A DNA stretch of 64,000 nt from the human T2T-CHM13v2.0 reference genome, Homo sapiens: assembly GCF_009914755.1 (NCBI RefSeq), contig NC_060933.1, one strand, 5' to 3'. Shown piece after piece: positions 54,721-64,000 of the stretch. The translations under genes and the position numbers were made by a program. A model generated the notes under the pieces. It had not been told where the DNA came from, made no database searches, and saw nothing but the letters and a program-made list of their open reading frames with translations. Numbering within the stretch: position 1 is the stretch's first letter; every line of letters starts with the position of its first letter.

Positions 54721-56390
54721 CACAACTGTCCAAGGTAGGTTGCCCAGCCCAAGGCCTTGTCTTTTTGGGACAACTGGCTAAATGAGATCCAGCTCCCACT
54801 GTGGCTTCCCAGGCATCTCTATTCATGCCACGGTGGGGAGATGGACGCCCGTGCTTGCTTTATGTCCCTGGGCCTCTTCCTCCTCCAGCACACGGTATGA
54901 CAGCACCAAGCCACCACCTTGACCTTGGGCATGGACGCAGCTGGCTGTGGCCACTGGGTGGAAGCATTCAATTGCAGATGCTCCAAGTTTTCCCTTGCTC
55001 TCCTCCTGGCCTGGTACCCAGGGGCCACGCCCAGCCAGCATGGAGTTGACTCTGTATGAGAAATATATCTTTATGGTTTGAAGCCTCTTGGATTTAGCAG
55101 TTGTTTTGTTTCCAGTATAACCTTATCTATTCCCACTGATAAAACAGGGTTGCCCTGTCCCATGCTAAGGCTCCTTGGAATGCTCATCTAGATGAGGGTC
55201 AGTCTTAACTGCAACTTTCCAAGCATCTCTGAGTCCCAGCCAATGCCCTCACTGCGTTAGAAACCTCCATGCTTAGCTCCGCCGGCCTCCGCAGCCCCCT
55301 TGCCCTGGCCAAGGGCCACTCTGAAACATGATAACAGAGAGGGCTGCCTCGTTTCCCCAAATATAGGCTCTTATCAGCCTCATTCGCCCTAGGACATTTG
55401 GTCATTGTCTTAGTCTAGACATCAAAATTAAAATCTCTTATGAGCTCATATTCTGGGGAAGTTGGGTCAGGCTGTGTCCGGGCCAAAATTCCTCTGCCTC
55501 CGGCCCAGCTGCTGCTACAGCAGAGCTGAAGCTTGTTGGAAGGGAAACTAGGGATGCGGGACGGAGCCTGGAGGGAGAGCCAGAAAGCTGGGCTCTGCTT
55601 CTCAATGTGTGATCTTGGAGAGTCACTTTTTGTCTCTGGGCCAAAGATGAAATGAACTTGCCTTTTCCTGCCTTGGGGCCTTTGCACAGGCTGTTCCCTC
55701 TGTCTGAAGCTCTCACCACCTCCCTTCCTCTTCACCTGGTTAACTCTTGCTCAGCTATCACATCTCAGCCTAAAATACAGGGTCACTGTGCTCAAGGAAA
55801 CTTGAAGACCTGCTGCCTTCAGCGCAGACAGCTTCCTTTAATTGTGTCGAGAGACTGTCTCCTTGCTAGGCTCAGAGCTCCACAAGAGTGAGAATCTGTC
55901 TGTTTACCTCTCTGTGACTCAATTAAGGCTTGCTGAAGGAACGAGTGAGGTGCATCAATCTGCTCCACGAGAGCCTACAGCTCCCTGGCACTTGGCAGGA
56001 GCTGCAAGAGGGCCCCCCTCGTCTCTTTTCTGCTCCCTCTTCCTGCTTGCTGGCGGGTTGGAAATCCTTGGCAAGGATTAAGTGTGTCCTGAGTGACTTG
56101 GCCCTTTGCTGCCTCCTGGCGTCCACTTCCAAGATAGCCGTCCCCAGATGCTTCTCCCACTCGTGGAGGAAAACTGAGTGTGGCTTCCATGTGCTGTGAT
56201 CTCGTTCATTTCCAACAGTAGCCTTGTGAGAGAGGAATGATCATCCCCTGTTTGACAAATGAAGAAGGTCCACATTTGTTCATTTGTTTGTGGAATAATG
56301 ACTGAGCACCTATTATTTGCCAGACACTTTGTTGGGAGCTGGTGCTTCGCTGATGAACGGCAACGCGCTGCCTCATGGAGCTTACGTTCA

Positions 56391-56816
<426 letters not shown>

Positions 56817-56869
56817 TTAACTGACTTGTACAAGATCACAGAGATGCAGCTAGATTTGAACCTGGTAGT

Positions 56870-57092
56870 AACAATTGTAGCTAATAACTCTATAAGCCCT
56901 TGCTCTGCCATGTGCTGCTGAACTCAGCGCTTTTTACATATATGCTACAACAGCCCTACTATTATCCTTGTTTTGCACATGGGGAAATAAAGCACAGAGA
57001 GGCTAGGTAGCTTGCCCAAGGTCACTCAGCTGCTCAGTGGTGGAGCTAGGACTCAATCCAGGCAATGTGGTTCCAGAGCCTGCCCTTTAACA
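56870..57092 (-). mobile_element. MIR
   Basis: tattatccttgttttgcacatggggaaa...ttgcccaaggtcactcagc...ggttccagagcc. Confidence 0.78.
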
Positions 57093-57699
57093 CTGTAAGA
57101 CAAAATTTAGAAGTTTTGACATCCAGGGCCTTGGGGATGGTGGCCACAAACCCAGTGTGCTACTCTCCTCCCAGCCCAGCCAAGTAGACCATCCTGGACA
57201 GTCTCCTGCCCTCAGATCTTCCAAGATGACTGTATAGCCTCCTGTCCCATGAGTTGGAAAGGATGGGGAGGAGAGGGTGCTGTGGAGGGCCCCTATCCTC
57301 AGGAATCCTGATGGGCTAGCCGTGGGGACAGAACCAACCCACACTGGGCTGTGAGGTGGGAGGCTTCCCCTCCAAGAAGGCAGGAAAGGCTTCTTGGAGG
57401 AGGTGAGGGGTGAGGTGGGCCTGGAAGGTTGAGTGGGATTCAGACGTACAATTCAGTGGGAGCAGAAGAAGCCAAGGGAACGGCAGGGGCGGGGGAGAGG
57501 GTGGCGCCAAGGCTTGGAAGGAGGAAAAATGAGGCTGCATCAGGACCCGAAGCTTCCGGGCTTCTTCCCCAGGCTGGGGAGCTGTTGCAGGCATCCAGGT
57601 GAGAGGGGAGGGGCAGCCAGGGGGCGGAGATGAAACCAAAGGTGGCCAGGACCCAGGTGGGCTTCAGAATCACGTGCCCCCACCCCCAACTTTAATTTC

Positions 57700-57870
57700 T
57701 CCAGCTCCCCCCTCATTCACCCACCCCTTGCTGCTGCTTGATTGCCCCAAACACAGCACTGCCCCAGGAGTGCCTAGACCCTCCCCGTCCACATCCGCCT
57801 GCCTTGAGCCCTCACTTCCTTCCTGTCTCTGCTGAAAGGTCACTTCATACAGAGGTCTTCCCTGACCACC
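57700..57870 (+). mobile_element. L2 fragment
   Basis: ctttaatttctccagctcc...ggtcacttcatacagaggtcttccctgaccacc. Confidence 0.55.
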
Positions 57871-57893
57871 AGCAATACTGTATTGCTGGTGGT
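57865..57893. repeat. Perfect 14-bp inverted repeat with a 1-nt spacer
   Basis: accaccagcaatac-t-gtattgctggtggt. Confidence 0.95.
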
Positions 57894-58127
57894 TACAACA
57901 CCTTCCACACGCTGTACATTTCCCTGTGCTTGGCTTAGCGCACAGGTGGCTTAGCGCTTGGCAGGCCTTCCACGCATAGTTTTTGGCTGTGGGCAGCTGC
58001 TTGGCCGAGTCCTGAACAATCTTCAGCTGCAGCTTTATGTCCGTCATCTTGGCTTCCTCGGAAGCTCAGTCATCTGTCATCCCTGAGACAGACCGTTGGA
58101 AGGCTCGGGATGGGGGAGCCAACAATG

Positions 58128-58527
58128 CAGACACATACGCATGCACATGTTGTGCACACAGACACACACACACATATCTACACATGGGCATGAATCATAT
58201 GCACACACATATGCCCATACACATACAAAGCCATGCACACATACATATGCACAACACATACACAAATGCTCACACGCATGAGCACAACACACGTGTGCAC
58301 ACAAGGCATGCATATCTGTATATAGGTGTGCACATGTGAGCACACCCATGTGAGCAAATATACATGTGTATACCATGCCCACATATGTATACATGCACAT
58401 GTACACATTGCACACACACACACACACACACACACAATACATATATAGGCGTCATATGCGTACACCACGACATGCATGGACATACGTATACTTACATATG
58501 TGCCCACATACATGCACGTACATGCAT
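58128..58527. repeat. Degenerate (CA/TA/TG) alternating low-complexity tract
   Basis: About 400 bp of cacatatgcacac-type units with a pure CA core near 58411-58436. Confidence 0.9.
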
Positions 58528-59076
58528 TTCTGACACCTTGACTCTCACCTTCTCCATTCATCAGAGTGGTGACCACGTTGTCCCAGGATCTGGCACAGAG
58601 ACTGGCTCAGCTATCTACGGCCACAGCCAGATCACCAGAGCTCTGGGGTTGTAGCTAGGTGACGCCACCGATCCTCTGCTACCACCTTGTGGCCACTTCC
58701 CAAATGGCACCAGTCAGTGGCTGAAGCCTTTCCCTGGTTCTTGTCCCAGCTAAGCTACCGGGCCCAATCCACAGGGCTCCTGGGAAACGTGTAGTCATCC
58801 CTGAGCCTTGTGCCCCACCCTAGGACAAGTGGATGGCTTTGCTAGGTGCTGTGGGTAATGAGTGGGGCCTGGAGTAGGATGCAGGCCTGACCTCTCCACT
58901 GCTCCGTTAATCCTCTCTGTCCCACTCTGCTGCACCCAATACCTCCAGGACTTCTCAGGGCTGACTCCTGTGCCTGGAGCGCCCCACTCCCCAGTGCCCC
59001 ACTGCCCAGCGAGCTCCTTGAGGGCAGAGCCCTGACTGTGCTCATCTCCAGTACAGACGGATGCTCCATGAATGTG

Positions 59077-59146
59077 GGAGGGAGGAAGGGAGGGAGGAAA
59101 GGAGAGAGGAAGGGAAAGAAGGAGGGGGTGAGAGAGTGAGAGAGGA
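59077..59146. repeat. GA-rich polypurine tract
   Basis: gggagggaggaagggagggaggaaaggagagaggaagggaaagaagg. Confidence 0.8.
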
Positions 59147-59807
59147 TTTCCTCACTGGACTTCCTCAGTTTGAGCTCTGAAAGTCCCATGTCCCAGGAAA
59201 CCCCTCAGGCCTGAGCAATCTCTCCCGTTGGTCATCCTCCTACAGCTAATGCTGGTAGGAAGTGGTGGGGGCAGGGTGGGGCACTGAGAGAATTCAATAA
59301 AACAAAGTGTGGAGGGGGCCTGCCTGGATTGGTGGTGAAGGTGCGCCTGGAAATGAGAATTAATGAACTCCATTGTTTGTGCCTAAGCTGTGAGCCGTAC
59401 ACAAGCCACAGTATCTGCACAATCTTACCAGGGAAAAGTCTCCTGAGGATGTAGAGGCAGAAAAAAAGCCTGGGCCATGACCCATGCTTTGCTCCCAAGG
59501 TTACTGCTTCCCTCTCTGCTCCCCCCAAATCATCCCCCTTAAATAAACACGGAGAGTCTAATGCCAGCCCTCTACGTGCCTGGAGAACGGACCAATGTGA
59601 GAACTATGCTTCAGACTAGGAGCAAAATCTTTTTCCATCAAGAGACGTGGGCTGTGCCAAAAATAGAGCTTCAAGACCCTATTAGGGGGTAGTTCTCAAA
59701 CTTGATATGGCATTAAAATAAGAGAGGGCTTCTGGGCAGACCCACCAGAGGTTGTGACTCAGCACATTTCAGGATGGGCTTCAGGATTCAGGTGGTTCTC
59801 ATGCAGG

Positions 59808-60286
59808 GGTTAAAGGAGAAACTCTTCAATGATACTTGTTAAAAGCATGGTAACAAAGACTTTAGTTAGGACTCTTGATGTAGGTATAGGGACCATTGCA
59901 ACAGGGAGACAGATTGGACTCAACTCTAAGACAGCATGGGCAGGTGGGACTTACAGCTGAGGGGCAGGGTGGGGTCAGTGGATGGAAAATTACCAAGAGG
60001 AAACCTTCAGGGTGAGGGGGATTCTGGCTAAACCTATTTAACAGGATTCTGGGGATTGTCATTGAAGGCAGGCCAGGGAGATCAGACATCTGCTGGGGGA
60101 TGGTGGTGGATGAGGAACCTGATCAGATATGGAGGATGATCAGATGTCAAGGACGGGGGTTTCTGGTTACACTGACTTAGCAGGGTTCTTTTTCTAAAAC
60201 TGGACTTCATAAGGAAGTGCACAGATGGGCCTAAGAGAAGGTTCAGGAGTCTGACTAAAGTTTGGCCAAGCCAAGAATCCTTGTCA
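59808..60286 (-). mobile_element. MER31 (A/B) ERV1 solo LTR, full length
   Basis: Reverse strand starts tgacaaggattcttggcttggccaaactttagtcag...; 4-bp TSD cagg at 59804-59807 and 60287-60290. Confidence 0.88.
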
Positions 60287-61379
60287 CAGGTGACTCCAGT
60301 ACCATAAATAGAGGAACTCTTCCGTAGGGATGGGTTTAGAAAGATGGCATCACACTGATCTGAGTCACCTTGAAGGGGCACGTGACCAGGGCATCAGTTC
60401 TGAGCCCCTTGGTGTTATGGCTTTCCCCAGGCTGGTGCCAAGGGAAGAACTGGGAGGTGGAGGCAGCCATACCCTGAACACATGTGCCAGCAGGGATAGG
60501 CACATTGTACCCTATGCCTAAGAGAAACAGAATTAGCAAACCGCTGGCCCTGCAGGGGATTAAAGGAAAGATGGTGTTTATCTGCTTATGTTATGTGACT
60601 ATTTGTTTTTACCAATTTAAATGGATGTCACTGAAGCTCTGGGGTCTCCTACCATAAGGAGGAGGCTGAGTGGGGAGGAGGGGCAGCCTCTTTAGATGTC
60701 ATGCCTGCATTTGCCAGGGTCTTGGAGGTAACCGACATGGGGTAACTGAGACAGAAGCCCGAAGTGCTTTCACAAGGAACTTCTGCCCAACCTTGGTCCA
60801 ACGTGCATGGCAACCTCACTCAAAATACAGAGACGCAGACGATGGAGGTAGGAGGAAGTAACAGAAGAGCAGAGTTTTACTACATGGAAATTTGCTAGCA
60901 ATTGGAAATTTGACCGCTATTTGCAAACGTCAACTTCCCCTCCCACTGAAGGGCTGAAGAAGCTCACCAGTCAGTGAAGAGAGAGCTGATCCATCATCTG
61001 GCCTCATGTGCAGATGAGTTAGGAAGGAAAAAACCAACATCGATGCTATGGATGAAACAATTGTAGCACAAGGGAAACGGTGGGTGAGCAAACCTCCAAA
61101 ATGACCCACCACAGGTCATTTCAGCCATCCTCAGTAGAGCACAAGAAGGCAGAAAGCCTGCAAAAAGCAACAAGATGAGATGGAAAAGGAGGTAGGTGGG
61201 AGAGACAAGGACAGGTTGCAAGGAAACCAGAAAAGCACAATGACCACCCTGGTGGTAGTCACAGCAGACCTAACTGATGCCTCAGATCATTGAATTGGTG
61301 ATTTGGAGGAAGAGTACAGAGGAAAAAAAATACATTAAAATGATGATTGATAATAGGATCGTTTTGAAGAAATAGGGAA

Positions 61380-62170
61380 GAAAGAAGAGATGACCAGTGA
61401 ATGAAAAATGGTGTTCATTAATGAGAGTTCAGAACAAGAGAAACAAACATTGTAGTCAAAGAGGCAATACCAAGAAACTCTTCTGAGCTGAAAAAGGAAC
61501 TGTGTGTGCAGATCAGAAGGACTCCCTACGTTCCAGGCAATGTGGTGGCAAAATTTTCAAATTAGAAAGCAAAAGGAAAAGTCCTAAAAATTATCCAGGC
61601 AGAAAAGGCAGCTATATACAAAGGATGTGGGGAGGAAGGGATGGAGAGCAATCCTAAATGGCCAACTGATAGGGGCAAACATGCATATCGGGCTTACTAC
61701 GTCCAGGCATAAACTAAGTGCTGTGCACACATTCGCTCATTGTATCCTCCACATAACCCTATGAGATAGGTGCAGTTATCATCATCTCTGCTAACAGATC
61801 AAGCTGAGACACAGAGAAGTTAAGTAATCCGCCCAATGTCACACAGCAGATGGCGGAGCTGTTATTTGGCCATAGGCAGCCTAGGACTTTCATCTGTGCT
61901 TTTCCAAACTACTTCACTCCACAGCCATTATCAGACCACGGCAAAGCGTCTAAGAAGTTTGAAAATGTTGTAAAGCAAGAATTCTAGACCTAGCCAACTT
62001 GTCATTTAAGTAAGAAAGCAAGATAAATTTATTCTCAGATATGCAACAGCTCAGAAAATATACTACCTCTGTACCTCTTTTTTAAAAAATTACTGGAAGA
62101 AGTACTCCAAACTATTGAGGGATGAAACAAAATTAAGAGCACAGGCATGAAGAAATCATGATATAAAAAG
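61380..62170 (+). mobile_element. HAL1 / ancient L1 ORF1-like relic with a nested minus-strand MIR (~61670-61900)
   Basis: aagaattctagacctagccaacttgtcatttaag...ctcagatatgcaacagctcagaaaatatactacc; MIR gagataggtgc...gtaatccgcccaatgtcacacagc. Confidence 0.65.
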
Positions 62171-62177
62171 AACTGGC

Positions 62178-62496
62178 GGATGGGCGCGGTAGCTCATGCC
62201 TGTAATCCCAGCACTTTGGGAGGCCGAGGAAGGCGGATCACCTGAGGTTGGGAGTTTGAGACCAGCCTGACCAACATGGAGCAACCCCATCTCTATTAAA
62301 AATACAAAAAAATTAGCCTGGCTTGGTGACACATGCCTGTAATCCCTGCTACTCAGGAGGCTGAGGCAGGAGAATCGCTTGAACCCGTGGGCGCAAGTTT
62401 CAGTGAGCTGAGATCCCACCATTGCACTCCAGCCTGGGCAACAAGAGCAAAACTCCATATCAAAAAAAACAAAAACAAAAACAAAACAACAACAAC
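62178..62496 (+). mobile_element. AluSp-like
   Basis: gaggttgggagtttgagaccagcctgaccaacatggag; TSD aaaagaact(g/a)gc. Confidence 0.92.
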
Positions 62497-62946
62497 AAAA
62501 GAACTAGCAACAACACTAATTTTAGTTAAAACAGACAGAATTTTAAATTATTATAAATCTGGCCATAACAGAATACAAAAAGTCCAAATGTATAATTATA
62601 AGGGCAGTTATATGACAAAAGGCCAATAATGTAACAATTATAACCTGGATCCCAAAACCTCAGATGATATCAACAAAGTTCAAGAAGAAAAGAAGGGAGA
62701 CAAACTAACTTCTCATCTCAAATGGGGGAAAGTGCACAACATCGTAACAACTAGAGAATGCCACTGAAATGCTTACAGGTCTTCATTAGTCACATAACGC
62801 CAGCATATATTTTTTCTAAAACATTAGTGAACATAAAATTGAAGTAAACAAGATCTGTTTAGTTTTCTAAAAAGTGCAAAGCAGACAGGCAACCCCACAC
62901 CCACACAGAGAGGTGTGCAGTTTGCCATGTACGTTGATTGATGTAG

Positions 62947-63368
<422 letters not shown>

Positions 63369-63412
63369 CTCATTCTTTAATTTTTGTGCACCTTTTGAAG
63401 GTTAGAGAAGGA

Positions 63413-63467
63413 CAGTGTCCTGGCTGGCATGGCCCTGATGCCAGTGTCCTGGCTGGCATGGGCCCTG
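63413..63467. repeat. ~29-bp tandem duplication
   Basis: cagtgtcctggctggcatgg(g)ccctg x2. Confidence 0.9.
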
Positions 63468-63559
63468 GGTTGGGGAATGGGGAGTGGGAGAGTTGTGAAG
63501 AATCTTCCTATTTTTTTTCTTATCCAGATGGTGCTTGGCATTAGGAACCTATAAAGTCC

Positions 63560-63800
63560 AAACTGAATCATGTGACTCCTTTCTTAAAGCAATTGACTGA
63601 CTCCCTTTTGCCCTCGTGTTAGAGTCTGAATCCCTTCCATGTTCTCCAGAGTTCCTTCCAATCTCATCATACCTCCCGCTCCAACCTCAGTTTCCATGCT
63701 GCCTTTGACATTTATGCAGCTTCCCAAATGCTCCACGTTCTCCACTGACCTTTTTGCCTTTGCACAAGCTGCTCCCTTGGGCTGCAGTGGCCTTTCCCTC
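63560..63800 (+). mobile_element. L2 fragment
   Basis: atcatgtgactcctttcttaaa...gcctttgcacaagctgctccctt. Confidence 0.6.
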
Positions 63801-64000
63801 TGACCCCATCCCCACCTGGAAAACACTAATAAGATAAGGTGCAGGTGCGTGTCTCCCATGAACCCTTCTCTGATGTCTGCTGACTGGAGGAAGTCCCCTC
63901 CTGTCTCCCATCCTGTGCCACATTCTCCCTCTGGTCATTCACTACACATTTCCTGAATCTTATTTAGTTTCAGGGATGTTTAAAACCCTGGTAGCTTGGG

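Noticed and set aside
58047-58066. Short resemblance of cttccgaggaagccaag (minus strand) to a ribosomal-protein mRNA 5' UTR
   Set aside because: Only about 17 bp, recalled from memory, and the downstream peptide is not a ribosomal protein.

Overview
Human genomic DNA: the window contains an AluYb8, a human-specific subfamily. It appears to be intergenic or deep-intronic sequence. It is a mosaic of GC-moderate unique sequence and interspersed repeats: about 20 Alus (J, S, Y, Yb8), many MIR and L2 relics, several old L1M fragments (the largest about 3.7 kb), HAL1, MaLR/ERV solo LTRs (MLT1, MSTA, MER21, MER31, LTR16) and DNA transposons (MER1B, MER30, MER20, MER5A, MADE1). I found no credible protein-coding exon, tRNA/rRNA, CpG island or CRISPR array, and I could not identify the locus by eye. 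The ORF track is explained by chance, Alu/L1 frames and CA-rich low-complexity DNA. The most notable observations are: (i) several locally templated rearrangement scars, including a duplicated L1 segment with a 40-bp piece copied from 2.7 kb away, a 113-bp intra-L1 duplication and two perfect short hairpins; (ii) a young AluYb8 with a 21-bp internal deletion; (iii) a MADE1 (miR-548-type) hairpin between inverted Alus; (iv) a few repeat-free segments with enhancer-like motif clusters. Repeat subfamily calls are from recalled consensus sequences, not a database run, and boundaries of old repeats are approximate. I do not see evidence for a new multi-component biological system.
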